From the NCBI GenBank assembly GCA_024704765.1, contig JAKMXF010000155.1, forward strand, positions 640,912 through 704,911: a stretch of DNA of 64,000 nucleotides, given 5' to 3'. The translations under genes were made by a program, and so were the position numbers. This stretch comes from Oopsacas minuta. Its lineage: Eukaryota; Animalia; Porifera. Under the pieces are notes generated by a model. That model was not told the origin of the DNA. It was given only the letters and a program-made list of their open reading frames with translations, and did no database searches. Position 1 is the first letter of the stretch. Each line of letters starts with the position of its first letter. This document shows, one piece after another, positions 1-13,600 of the stretch.

Positions 1-468
1 TTAGGTAATTTTTATATTCATAATGAGTGCAATGAATGATTTCAACCTGATTCTCAAAACTATCTGATTGAACTATGAATTTGGTAGATGATTTAATACT
101 CGATATTTATACTAATTGATTTAATGTTAAATCAAATAGGATATCAATGAGTGATTTTGATCTTACATAAAAATCATTCTATTTTCTTGCCTGACTCAAT
201 TAGCTTGGAAAGTATTGAAATTACAAATATTTGTAGAAACTCAAATATACTACAAAATAAATGCTCTTAAATGACAATGTATTTATGTACAAATATAAAT
301 ACAATTATCCAAAACTAATCAAAATTCTAATTTGTTCTGCCCGAATCATGGTTATTATAGCAACAAAATTCTCACCTCTCCTTACCAGTATTTAATTATG
401 GATCAATGATGATGAATATGTAATTCACTTATATATTATTATATCTAACTATAAAAAACCCAATACTA

Positions 469-1800
469 CTAGGGCGTTCAATAAGTCTTGTGGGTGATGT
501 CATAGAATATGATGCAAACACTATACACACTAATTCACTATATTATTTATTCAAAGTAATCCCCTCCTGCAGATACATAAAGTTTTAACCTTTCCACCCA
601 CTTATAAACACATTTCTGTACTCTTCTCGGGGGGATGGATTTGGAGTACTGGTACAGGCCCGTTCCGAGTGCTTGTAATGTGTTAAAATCTTTGCTTTGA
701 AGGTAGATTTTAAGCTTGAGGAATAGCCAAAATCACACTGAGCTAGGTCTGGTGAGTATGGTGGATGGGAAAATAATTCTAACCCCTCTACATCCAAGAA
801 ACTTTTGGTAAGCTTAGCTGTATGGGAACTGGCGTTATCAATTAAAATCTTCATTCCTCGAGTTCCGGTTTTCGGGTGGTACTTTTCTATATTTTTTATC
901 AAATTTGGAAGCACTTGCTCTGTAAAGAAAGTAGCAGTAACAACTTTGCCACTCTCACAAGGTAATTGAAAGACATTTCCATGGCTACTGAAGAAGATGG
1001 TATACATAATCTTAGGTTTTCTGAAGTCGGGCCTAGGGATTTTCACCGGTTGTCCGTCGCCCCTCACCCATGATCGCTTCTTATACTTGCTATATGGTGT
1101 TGAATAGTACACCACGTCTCGTCACCAGTAATAATCTCTGTTAGGCGTCTAGAATCGCAGTTCTCATGAGTTTCCAAGAGTTACTTGGCAATATTCAGTC
1201 GTGCCAACCTTTGTTCTCACTGAGCTTATTCGGGACCCATTTCCCACAAATCGATCGGTAGCCAAGCTCAGTCGTTAGAATTGTATGAATAGCTCCTGAT
1301 GAAATCTCCATACTTTGCTCTAATTGATTGACAGTAATGCACTTGTCTTCCATGACCATACTTTGAATGAGTGCGATATTCTCTGAAGTGGTGGAGGATA
1401 CCGGTCTTCCAGATCGAGGCAAATCTGTGACATCAGCATCACCAGATCTAAAACGGGCAGCCCATCGCTCTACAATAGATCTGGAAGGGCAATCCACGCA
1501 ACTATATCTCCTGTAACTCGCTGAGGATCTTTATGAGCTGGATCTTGAGTATTGTGCGAAACTCTATTTATGCTCGCCATTTGAGGTTGAAATTATCATC
1601 CTTTGAAGCCAAAATTCAACAGTAGGTATAAATTGACTGCGCGTAACTATCTCAAGAATTCATAATTTGTATTGAATAAGCTTGAAACTTTCAGTATTTG
1701 AAGTTTAACTATATGGGCTTATAATATATGAAAGTTAGATATATTACTTGACTAATTCCTAAGATGTATCATCACCCGCAAGACTTATTGAACGTCCTGA
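469..1800 (-). mobile_element. Mariner-like element, decayed (~1.33 kb)
   Basis: Imperfect ~30-bp TIRs (ctagggcgttcaataagtcttgtgggtgatg at 469; catcacccgcaagacttattgaacgtcctga ending 1800), flanked by TA at 467-468 and 1801-1802. Broken transposase in ORFs 1195-1497 (HTH, WAARFRSG..DLPRSGRP) and 585-1115 (IDNASSH, HPPYSPDLA). Confidence 0.9.
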
Positions 1801-2857
1801 TATACTATCACCTCTTGATTACCATTTAGCTGCACAATATTCTACTACGTATATTTTTCCTATTCAAATATAACCTACAAAACTATATATCATAAGAGTC
1901 ATTAGATCTCAGGAACATCAGTTGTTCGAATGTTTTGTCTGTTAGGCGAGTTCTCCCTGGACGAATTATTTCCTCTGCAATGCTAAATAACCTCTCCAGA
2001 GGAACAGAAGATGCTGATATACACAAAAAATCTTTGCTAATAAGCTAAGTGTTAGGAATTTAGGCGTGTGTGACTTCCAGAAGCTGAGAGGGGCTGAGTT
2101 TTCTGGAGACATAGAGTACTTAGATATTCTTGTATTTACAATTCAATGCAACTTTGAGTATTGATGCCATTGACAGGAACATGGATCAGTGAACTAAATA
2201 ATCCACAAGGCTTCTTTATCGCAGGTTCGGGATTGGGAATGATTTCATTAAGAGAAAATGCAGGCTGGTTATGAGCGATATTTACAGCTTTAGCAATGAG
2301 GCTGTACTTGTGCCTCGGCATTTCAGCCTTAGAGCCCCACTGTAGCTTGAACCTTGGATCCAAAGCAGCTGCTGTTAGAAAACCGTCGTGTTCTTCATAA
2401 TGTGACAGTCTTTTGAGAAGAGAGTCCTTCAGTGTAGCAACGAACTTTGAACAGTACTTAGAACACAATACTTCCATCTCCGACTTCAGTATACACACAA
2501 AGGGGATGACCATATTCCCAGTGATCGCCTTTTCACCTTGAACACAATTTGTGGCACTTACGAAAGGCGCCAAAGTTTGAACCATGTCTTTCAGGATACT
2601 GTAGTTGTATGCAGTAATCTGGTGCTGTATATTTAGAGAGACAAAATTTCTTCTGGAATATGCAGGTTGGATCGCACCATGACAAGTTGTGAAGTCCATA
2701 TTGTAGTGGTAGTAGTTTGGAGCCGTTTGTGTGATTCCACTAATTCTAATGCATGTATTCATTTGCGACATGGGATACAATGGCTAAAGCTTTGGCAAGT
2801 ACTTTGTTAAGAGTAGCAGCTTGATTAAAACTATCTTTGATCACTAGCTGCAATGTA

Positions 2858-4171
2858 CAGGGTGCGTTTTAAGTTCTGTCCCATAGTCAAATCCTCATAA
2901 CTTTACTACAATAGATCTTTTACTATTTAAACTTTTATACCAGTTTACTATGATCAATACAATTACATAATCGCACTGATTACTCAATATAACCTCCCTT
3001 GTCATGAATGACACTTGATATCCTGCCAGGTAGGGCCTCAACTGCAGCACGGAGTACATCTTGGGGTATTTTCTCCCACTCTTCTCGCAATTTTCGCTTC
3101 AAAGAGTCTATACTCTTGTGAGATTTAGCACAGACTCTGCTTTCGAGAATGGACCATACCGAATAGTCCATTGGGTTCAGGTCTGGGCTATATGGAGGCC
3201 ATTGCTCTTTCTCAATAAAACATGGAATATTGCTCTGAAGCCAGGTTTGGGTAACATTTGATGTGTGAGCTGGTGCTCCGTCTTGTTGAAATACAAATGA
3301 TCCACCATTAAACATGGTTTGGCTAAGGTTCTTCACTATGGGCTCTAAAATTAAGTCACGATAAGTTGTCGAGTTTATTTTTACGCCTGCTGGCACAAAA
3401 ATTAGTGGCGTCCGACCAACAGCCGATATTCCAGCCCAAACCATTACTGAAAGTGGTTTTTGGACTCGAGGAACGTACTTCAGATCTGGATCAATAGTAG
3501 ATGACTTGTGTGATATAATCCTGTCGTTTTGAGGGTTCAAAGCTTCCTCAATGGTGAAAATCTTTTCGTCGGAGAATACAATTTTTTTAATATCATGATT
3601 TACGTGCCTACGTAATTGTCCTTTACATCTTTGAAGCCTCTTGACCTTTACTTGCTCACTTAGGAAGTGAACTCTCTTTCTTCTGAATGAACGCATGCCT
3701 AAGTTCACTTTCACAATTTTCCGTACTGAAGACTCTGATACTTTGAGTTCCTGAGCCATTTTCCTCATAGAACGCCGTGGGTTCCTACGGATACGTTCCC
3801 GCACCAACCTTTGGAGTGCTGGAGTCGTTACTGAAGGGGGACGACCACTTCTTGCTTTGTCACAAACTTCCCCAGTCTCGTTGTACCTCCGAATCGTACG
3901 ATAGACAAACTTACGTCTATTAGCGGGAATATTGAGCAACTTCAAAATTTCTTTCTGAGTCTTGCCATTTTTAGCTAACTCAATAATAGCTGACCTTTCG
4001 TGTTCCATCAAATGAAAATACTAATACGTGAGAATGGTGTATTGTATAATAGGTATAGGTGCTAGCTAAACAATATAGTAAAAGAATCAACATAGTAGTA
4101 TTAAGGATATGCTTAGAATATAGATAATACAATAAAACATAAAGATGGGACAGAACTTAAAACGCACCCTG
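2858..4171 (-). mobile_element. DD37D (maT) Tc1/mariner element, apparently intact
   Basis: Perfect 27-bp TIRs CAGGGTGCGTTTTAAGTTCTGTCCCAT (2858-2884 and 4145-4171), TA duplication at 2856-57 and 4172-73, and an uninterrupted ORF. Confidence 0.95.
2980..4011 (-). CDS. DD37D maT transposase, 343 aa
   Basis: Full ORF with HTH region (RSGRP), FSDEK and QQDGAPAH...WPPYSPDLNPMD; 37 residues counted between the second and third catalytic Asp. Confidence 0.93.
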   Translation of the reverse strand: MMEHERSAIIELAKNGKTQKEILKLLNIPANRRKFVYRTIRRYNETGEVCDKARSGRPPSVTTPALQRLVRERIRRNPRRSMRKMAQELKVSESSVRKIVKVNLGMRSFRRKRVHFLSEQVKVKRLQRCKGQLRRHVNHDIKKIVFSDEKIFTIEEALNPQNDRIISHKSSTIDPDLKYVPRVQKPLSVMVWAGISAVGRTPLIFVPAGVKINSTTYRDLILEPIVKNLSQTMFNGGSFVFQQDGAPAHTSNVTQTWLQSNIPCFIEKEQWPPYSPDLNPMDYSVWSILESRVCAKSHKSIDSLKRKLREEWEKIPQDVLRAAVEALPGRISSVIHDKGGYIE

Positions 4172-5179
4172 TATGAGCGAAACATGAAACGTGCTCATTC
4201 ACATATTCGTACAGGGAGTCGTTACAAACAGGTGATAATACATCACTTTCCCCATCATCAGACGATTCGTCACTCAATCATACCCAATTTCCTCGAATTC
4301 AGGTAATGAGAAGGCTTTGATCATGTTAGCAGCGTTGTATGTGACGATTTGTAATACCTTATTGGAGATCCCAAAAGTTTCAGTTGTGTCTCTAACTCTT
4401 CAGTGATGGAATCAGCTGTATGAAATCCCCGAGAAGAAGAGTAAGCGAGCATAACATATTCCAAATTCCTGTTAATGATGAAATGGCATATAACACCATA
4501 GTAACTTCGCATAAGGCTCCTGGTCCAAGAATCAATAGCACACATAATTTTTCTTTAGTTTGGTGCTTCCGACCGAGGATTTGGTATTTAGGGTCCACCT
4601 TGTTCATCTTATTTCGAAATCATATACTCTCTACAGTTGAGAGGGCCACAAGTCGCCAACAATGTATGTTGCAACGGCATCTGTCAGTTCTGTTTGCCCT
4701 TGATCTTTTAGACTCTACTTCTTAGGCGTAGTGACCAATGACATTAGAGTTGACTGCTGTCTTTTGACTGTTGTTTTTGCTTGTTCCTCTCAAATACTGC
4801 CTTATGCAGTTGTGCTTTTCTGAAATAAGAAAGATACTTTACTTGACCATTGATCTATTTTGAAATAAGATGTACTCTATTTAATTAATTATTCAACTTA
4901 CTTATCCCAATATGCTAGCATTGTCTGCATATACACCAAAGAGACCTTAATAACAGACCAATACTACCTTGAGATGGAGAAGTAAGTTTCATGCTCCCTT
5001 AGTAGAACCAGATATTTCTGACGGAGATGGCCTGCATTTAGCAGAAAAAATGCCTTCAACGCCTCAGGTACATTGAAAATCTGGAGATCATTAAGTGGAA
5101 CTTTGCCACTATTGTTGTGTTAACAAGTTATTTTCATTTACGTCATATATGAATAACTGGAACTAATTATGAGTGTATA

Positions 5180-5702
5180 CAGTGGTACCAGTCTTGTACG
5201 ACTGCCTGGCGTTCCGACAAATACGGTCGTAAAAGATAGGCGGTCGTTGATGGCAGGTTTGCTATAGCCGAATGTTATTTATCTATACATTAACTATCTA
5301 TCAATTCAATGTGTGCACAAATGTAATACTACAATGTTGCGAGCCAATATATTGAAAATATTCTCATTTTATCTACTAATACTAATTATGTTTGTTTTGT
5401 TTGTATAACCAACTATCCAGTGTGCTAAGAATTTAAATTAATATAAAGGTTGCCATAGTTATTTTGTAAATATTGATTCATTACCGACCAAATATTGGAT
5501 AGGGAATTGTTTTATAGATTTATGGTCGTTGGTTACAGGTAAATTTGACCTGAAACTGCAAAAATCGTGGTCGTTGGTCGCGTTCTACAAATAGTCGCTC
5601 ATCACAGGTCGAAATGTATCGTAAACCATCCGCGCCGGAGAAATCAGTCGTAAAAGGCAGGAAGTCGCTCATGGTAGGGGTCGTACAATACAGGTACCAC
5701 TG
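5180..5702. mobile_element. pogo/Tigger-type MITE (523 bp)
   Basis: 23-bp TIR cagtggtacc(a/t)gt(c/a)ttgtacgac, TA on both sides, no ORF, repeated RGTCG motifs near both ends. Confidence 0.8.
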
Positions 5703-7445
5703 TAATAACTATTTAATTGTATTTATAAGTCTTTTGAGTATTTTAAATACTTTATGAAATTTTTTGAATATAAATACAATAAAATACTTGAAAAAAAGTA
5801 TTCCAATACTCTCAAATACAAATACATATGCATTCGACCCCATGTCTGATCACTTAATTATGAAATTATATCTTTGTGAGTTCCTAATATTTTGTAATAT
5901 TTACCATCAATCAAAATTTAACTATCATAATCAACTAAGGTGTTGTTGAATGTTTTCTATCATTCTCATGGGGCCAGTTGCACTATGAACTAGCTATTAG
6001 TTTCAATTCATAGCTTGATTGATGTACTAAGTGTCAAGCAGAAATTCTTCTCACTGCGCGGCCTAGCATGTAAGTGCGCTAGTAAGGACTATTTGTATTA
6101 AATAGTACTTGCGTGCATCTCTGGGTGGACCTATTCACTGCTGAACTTGGTGACTGACACTAGTGCTTGGATATAGTTTTGTTAAGTCTTAGCCGAATAA
6201 TCTGTCCAAATTACCTTGAATTTTGAATTGTTCCTACTATGAATGATTATAATACCCCAAAAAGAACATCACGAAAATTTCACTCAACAGATGTAGCAGT
6301 GGTTAGGTCGAAAATTCCCCTTATTTATCCCAACAAATGGGTCAAATTATCTGGATTTGAGAATATTTAATTATAACTATAGACGCAAAATATTTTGAAA
6401 ATATCCTAAAAGTTTTGAATACTATTTGAATAATTCATTTCTACCGTCATGAATGATATATATTGTTAGAATTATCCTGATTCTTGATTAGTTCATTAAA
6501 TCGTAAACTTTGGTTCAAGTATGGCAACAGAAATATTTAGGTTGGTGCATTTGTTTGGAACAGAAATTACTTAGCTATTTGAACTTCGAAATTGAATATA
6601 TCATTGTATACATATATTGATCATCCATGGTCCATTAAAGGAATAATATGGTCTCTTGGCCTCTTAACCAGCTAAGCCACTTATCGCTAGTAATCATTGC
6701 ACCGCGTGTTCCTATAAACGTATTCATGTAAATGATCATAATGGTATTTTTTGCCCTAGCAGTTGTCTGTCAATTACCATGTCAAAATCTATTGCCAATG
6801 TATGGGAATTTGAGTTATGTAGATTTCCGTGTATTTGGCCCGAAATTGGAGGTTACTACATTATTTTGCAAATATTGGGTAAGTATATGTCATCCATGGT
6901 CAATACTATACTCTTCTATCCGCGAAATTTTTCATGCTAATTTTTATATTATGTGTACAAGATCCTTAGATCCCATCATACATATACATATTTTGTCACT
7001 CTGAATGTAGTAATGTTCTCTTGCATAGTCTTAAGACTGAATCAATTTCTTCCAAGAATTCTAAATTATAGATCTAAATACAACCTTTGCTTAATTACAT
7101 TATGTACATAAAGACCGGGAGTGATGGCAAATACCAACTATTTACTATTTAGGGCCATAATGTACTAGTAAACTATTTTCCCAATCATTATGCTTTTCCA
7201 TCTAACTTACTCGACCTATTCGTGGTCTTAGTCTTATTGCATCAGATTTCTCGTTATGTACGTATTTTATGATTCCAGTTGTACTTGTAAAATCACATGT
7301 ATTATTAATTTCATGAAAGTCTGGTTCCATTTCTTAATATATGTCCGAACATTAGCTCAAGCTTTGGATTCCAGACATATAGAATAATTTCAACATTTGG
7401 AATCGGCAAATCACTGTCCCCAAGTTGAAATATTGTTGACATTCA

Positions 7446-10435
7446 CAGTGGTTGCGCTAAATCAGGCTGGGATTTTCTTTATGGGGCTGTCATAGCTTGC
7501 TCTTCTTTGAGAAAATATTAATGTGTACTTAAATATCAAAATATTAATTGATTTAAGAAAGTTTCGTTTCTAGTAATATAATTAATAGAAGCAATAACAT
7601 TGTTCACTATTAATAATTCAATACTTATTAAAAGTATTTCCAAAATATTTTTAAGTGAAATGGATGAATGAATAAATCAGCTCAATTGAATCCTCCGATC
7701 TCCAGTTTTATCGAATTTGTCCGCCATCTCGCCCATATCTATTTTGGATGCACGAGTCCTATTGATTGACAAAGTCAGAGGTCTCCCAGTCTATCACCAT
7801 CCATAGTGCTACGAAGATACGTCTTAACACGTTTCATACAAGAGAATGATTAATCATTCTCAGCTGTTGTAACAAGGATGTTACATGCTATCTGGTAGGC
7901 CTTGTAGAGTTCTGTGTAGACCATTTTGTGTGGCTCGATGATGTTAATGACCTCTAATATAGTTTTCAACTGTGGATTAGCCTTTCTATATTGATTGGAG
8001 AACACAGTAAATTCGCTACTTTGTAATTCCTCATTCAGATGATAGTGCTCAATAAAGAACTTCGTTGCATGGATCTTAAGGAAATCATCAGATGTGGGAA
8101 TCAATGATGACATCGCCAAAAGGACAGAACACGTGTCCTTGCTGCAACGTCTATTAAGTTCAGCTATGAAGAGTCTAACAACTGGATCGAATAATCTCAC
8201 TTTGTAGTCCGATTTGATCCACACTCTAGAATTAACAGCATCTTCTTTACAAACTCGACGGCGTTTTACGATCGGCTGCGGTATCGCGTGTTCATCTAAG
8301 AGTGCCTTTGCGGTATCCCAGATTTCATCAAATAAGTCCTCGGCAGAGAGAGACATCTTGAGTGTATCAATGTGATTAACTGCAATGCCAATATCCAAGT
8401 GTTTGTCCTGCATATAGTTTGCCGAATATGAAGTTAGTGTCAGAACTTTTCTGAATAATTGAAGACAGACCACGAAGTGAGTATCAATAAAATTGATGAT
8501 ACCTTGCGCTGCAGCACTTCTATCGGTGTTGGTATCTTCTGCGAAATGCACAGTGGCAGCAATGATTCCCCCTAAAGTATGCGCCACAGCAGAGCAAGCC
8601 TCGGATTGACAGCACCAACGAGTTTTGGATAACAATTTCAATTCACGATGTTGCGCCTCATGTGTACCCAGGACCTTCTGCGTTTTCTCGAAGAAATCAA
8701 GTGGAGCTAAATTTGAGAAGAATGTGTAGAGCTGTTCAATACTCGCATAAATGACACGCTTTGTCGATATTTTGGCGCAAGCAACCACTACTAAGTTGAG
8801 CCTGTGTGCCCACCAATGCACATATAAGGCCATCGGGTATACTTTACTCCTCATAAGTGCTTGTAGACCATGTAGTCGTCCACTCATTGTTGAAGCACCA
8901 TCATTACACTGGGCAGCCATATGATCACGAACGCAGACACCCACAACTGCCAGCACATGAGCCGGCTTTACCACGATGGAATTCGTGTCTAGCCCCTCTG
9001 CTCTGATGAAATTGAAGAAATAGTCGTGCAACTCACCCTCGTAGACATATCTTACACAAACGGATATTTGTTCAATTTCCCCACAATCTCTAGATTCGTC
9101 CGCCAATAAAGAAAAATATTTCTCCGTCATTAGTTCTTCTAGAATTTTCTGGCGTACAGAGTTGGCAAGAATAGACAATATCGAATCCTGGATAGAGTGA
9201 TGAACATACTGAGCATTTCTAGGTCGTTGACTTTCTCTTTGATAACCTTACCGTGGACACCAAACGCAGTAACAATTTCGAGAAAATTCCCTCTCTTTCG
9301 AGATCCGCAGTTGAACTCTGGGCCAATGACTTCACCCATATCATCCACCAATCTTCCCTCACGGTCACCTCTGAGAAGAAGGCCTTGTACAGCACAGAGG
9401 GTGATTACCTGACCTACTATTTTTACATAGTGCCGATTATCTTGAACAGCTTGCATGCTCAGTGCTCCAACTATTACCTCAATGCTTTCTGTACGAAGAT
9501 TACCTTTGTATCCTGACCATTTGAGCATTGAATTAAGATGAGATAACGACTCCTCATGAAGTTTGATACCTTTTCTTCTCCATCGCAATTTTCCAATTGT
9601 CAAACCTAAAGAAGTCCACTTTAACTCATGACCAGCACCAGCTACCTGAAATAACCTACAAGGATAGCAAAAACATGGCATCGATTATTCGAGAATACTC
9701 AAGCCCATGTCTGCCAATGTACTATCCTTTATGAAAGCAACGCATCTGGCCGCCTAACATGGTTTGCTTATAAGTGATTAACTTCGGCTGTCTCAGGTCC
9801 TCAGACAGATTCTGTGCACTTTCTGGAACGTCCTCCGCAGAGACATCCATCGCCGTTTTGCACGTTTAGGATTGTGAGAGTAAGTATCTTCTGGATGTTC
9901 AATTATTACATCTTCCACTTCAAATTCCTGAGTTGCTTCTGGCTGGTCCACTTCAATCTCATCACGCTTTCTCTTCACAAAGGAACCCATTTGAATTTGA
10001 AATGTAGCAAATAAGTATTTGTAACAAAGCTAAAATATTCATTAATAGTGTATAATGTTAATTCCCTTTTATACATCTATTGTGAATCAGCGTCTTAATT
10101 ACAAATTGTTTATTTATTACAGTAGCAATAATTGCCTCATTATTGGTTAGTTTCATCAACTTAGATCTTAGAAGAATTAACAATTTGCGACAAGAAATTC
10201 GTGACACAACAATTCGTTATATTACAATGATTTGGTACCTTCTCCAACTTAGATCTTATCAATAGTAAATAATTTTCCATAATAATCGATTCACAATTGA
10301 GGTATCAATAATTTGCTAATTTAGTATTCGTAATGCTACCAAAAATATTCTTATGGAGCTAGTTAGATAAATTGATAGACCAGCTTAGCTGATGAGGCTA
10401 GAGCCCCATCTTGCCCTATGCCAGCGCCGCCACTG
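7446..10435 (-). mobile_element. hAT element (Tip100/DUF4371 type) with frameshifted transposase
   Basis: Termini cagtggttgcgct and agcgccgccactg; degenerate 8-bp TSD gacattca/cacgttca (6/8). ORFs 9793-9990, 9139-9681 (GNFLEI) and 7850-9178 (FSLLADESRD..EQISVCVRY, HxxAHRLNL, LSKTRW), then SFSCMKRVKTYLRSTM at ~7790-7850. Confidence 0.88.
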
Positions 10436-10699
10436 CACGTTCAATCAATAGATATAATTTGCAAATGTCTCCTAATTACCCGTTGTGCCACTAAATTGGT
10501 TCAAATTCAAATATTATCAAATCAACTTTCTCCACCACATTCGTACTTCGGATCAAATTTCATGCAATTGTATCGGTTATTTATCATATTTGGAGAGTTT
10601 GTTTCTATAGCACTGTTGAAATGTGGTAACATTCCTTTCTTAAACTCACAAATTTTCAGAAAACTTGACACGGGTGTTCCAGCTGGTAATTTTTTTTTC

Positions 10700-13600
10700 T
10701 TTCTAGGTTCTCTAAAGCATAAAAACGTCATATGTGATGCCTGGAAATATGATCGTCACCTACAATACCATCGCAGGCAAGGAATATTATCATCTACTCA
10801 AATTCATAAAATTCTTTTTGAGACCAGATTACACGAAATCTACCCTTTGTAAAGAGATCCCTTTTCGGAATGACTATGTTTGTACTGTTGTGAACCGTGA
10901 CAGTCTCCAATGTGATACTCTTGTCCTCGATTTGCGCAACATCTCAGGCTGATACACAATTTGTCAACTTCTGATCCTATTTTCTTAAATTCAATCCGAT
11001 CTCCTTACATTTGTAAAAGACGAGTCTTTTATAAAAAGGATTCTAATACTCCTCAAATGAATCCACTTTCGAAATTTGATGACACTAACAAACTCGATGC
11101 TTGTTCTAATATTATTTCACTTCAGCAGTTAACTAGTTCTGATTGTAAACACATCTCCCTCAATGGAATCCGTATTGATGATACTCAACACGAACTTATA
11201 CACATCGATGAAATATTTAGTATGCCATCAATTAGAAGGAAAATTTACATTTAAGGTGTTTCTATCAACTAATATGGGTGGTTCCTGTTCGAACACTTCA
11301 TCCAATGCTGATATTAGTGATGTATTTGGTTTTCTAAAACGGATTTGGTGAAAATAATTATTTTCTCCTGACAAATTAAACTTATACACCTCAAAACAGT
11401 GGTCGCAAAATTACATTCTTTCTCTCGTTTTATTACATATCTTTCGATACTTTATCCTGATCTAATTCCTAATCAATCTAAAATAGATAAATTGTATTCA
11501 ATTTGCTGGAGTCAAAAAATCTTTGTCTCGTCAAAAACGAAAATCTAAGAAAAATATGGTAAGAAACCACAACTATTTTAATACAACCATTTCTGCTCTC
11601 AAACAGTGGAAAAAATCCGAGTAACTGATAATTTGCCGGGCTTGTTTCGACAATATCATGATAATCATTCTCTTTCTTTGTTCTAAGATACATATACAAG
11701 GATGCGAAATTATTGAATTTTCGAAATCTGAATTCCGAATGGACAGAGGTCTGGTATAATTTCCGGCCTAACTATACAAGAAGCTATACAAGCCAAAGAT
11801 GAGGTAACCCCTGAAGGTTACCATAAATTCTTCGAAGCAAACCACAAAACTGGACATATATATAATGCAACCTTGTTTTTATATCCTGAAATTTACTCGG
11901 CCTTATATGTTATTATTTATGTATTTTGCTAAAGCTTCCAATTTATTCAACAACAAATAAATAACTTGATTCTGGATCACACATTTTTCAAACGTTGAGT
12001 ACAATATCAAAGTTGTCAGCTTTCAAAACTTGCAAGAAAAGATTTATTTTCAATGGGTATCGAGTTCTCTGGTACTGTGACAGATTTACGTCGTGCTTCA
12101 TCGACCCTAACTGGAAAATCTTTCCTGAATTTACATGATATGGTCATTCCAGAGAGACCCACAACCATTGTTATCGGATTCAAATAGATCATAATGGCCT
12201 CACAAAGGCATTCAAAGTTTGGAAAAGTTCCAAACTAATCCTGACAGCGACACCATGGTGGACCATGGGTCACCATTGGTGACCCATGACCCATCTGACC
12301 CATCGTATCCGAGACTCATGACCCATTGACCCATTGACCCAGGACCCATCCGACCCATTGACCCATCAACTGACCCATTGACTCATTATGTGACTCAATT
12401 TCTAAAAGTCTAATCAGATAGTAGTAACAACACACACGAAACTCAGTCTATACTAGTAACAACCATAATTAAATGATGCTAATCAATTAAACTATTATTG
12501 TACCCATCTAACACAACAGAAATTGCCTGTACAGTTTCTGGGTTCAGGTGGTTTCTCATTGGCGTAATTATGTTTCTAGCATTAAACGCACTATAATGAC
12601 GTTCACTTTCTGCCGACGAAGCGGGTATTACAAAAACTCTTTTCGCCAACTGAGCAAGGTTATGATAAAGTATCTGTTTTTCTTCCCACCACTCGAGTGG
12701 ATTGTACCCGACTCGAGGTTGTGGCACTTTTTCTAAATTATACTGAAACAGTTCGGTTTCAATTGTTCCTCTTAATGATTCAGAACATTGCATTCCATCG
12801 GTAGATTTTTGGGAGGCCATCTCAATACTGTAGAACCAACTAAATGGATTTGTCTTCTTCTTTTTTGTAGGAGTAGCTTCGCCCATACATTCAGTTTCAG
12901 GTTCATTTGTAACATCTTTACTAGCACAACCCATATCATCTAGTGTTATATCTTCTGACAAAACGTGTATACTTTCTAACACTTGAACTAGAAATAAATT
13001 CCTATCCGCTACAGATGTCACAAAGGCAAAATATCTCAAAGAAGGATCTAAATAAGTAGCCACAAAGTGCAACATTCCCAAACTTGACCAAAATTTTCAG
13101 TTAGAAACTTTAGGAACTTGGACTTTAAAGTCGTAATGATCGTATTATCTGAATCATTAGGTTTCCATGTCTCATAAAGTGTGTAATATACTGGCAAGCC
13201 ATTTTGAAGAGTCGGCACATTGGCAAATTCAAGCATATCAAAGAAAGTAGATAAAGGCTCCAAAAAGTCTACCACATCACGCAGTAAATCAATATTTATA
13301 CGCGAAATAGGATGTTCCTTTTCCGGTTGCGTAATTCAAACAATAACGCTTCACGACTTTTCAAAATTGAGACGAACATGTTTGATAATCTTCTCCAAGG
13401 TCGAGTCAATCCTCCGTGCTTCAGAGTAGAAGGAAGGTTACTCTGTATTCCTGAAGAGAGGTTGACAAACCTTACCAATTCATGACAAAATTGATCAAGA
13501 TACATTAACTCTTCGTTCTGTTGAAGAATTTCCTTCCAAGCTGAATCTATGACAGTATTTAATCTGTGACAAAGACAATCTACGTGGGTTTTATCAGTTG

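Larger units (their letters stand above)
1895..5100 (-). pseudogene. hAT (Ac-like) transposase remnant, interrupted by a maT element
   Basis: Minus-strand motifs occur in the expected order: BED-like piece (~4970-5050), AIDSWT..SYYGVICHFI (4321-4545), CFAHTLQLVIKD (rebuilt across the maT insertion), FLTAAALDPRFK (2136-2780) and dimerization domain SASSVPLERLFS (~1900-2110). Element termini not identified. Confidence 0.85.

Noticed and set aside
7090-7440. Possible CR1/L2 LINE 3' fragment on the minus strand (VWNP motif)
   Set aside because: A single short motif in very degenerate sequence.
11700-12000. In-frame TGA codons in the YR gene as alternative genetic code or read-through
   Set aside because: TAA stops and frameshifts also occur, and the host exons use the standard code; simple decay explains them.
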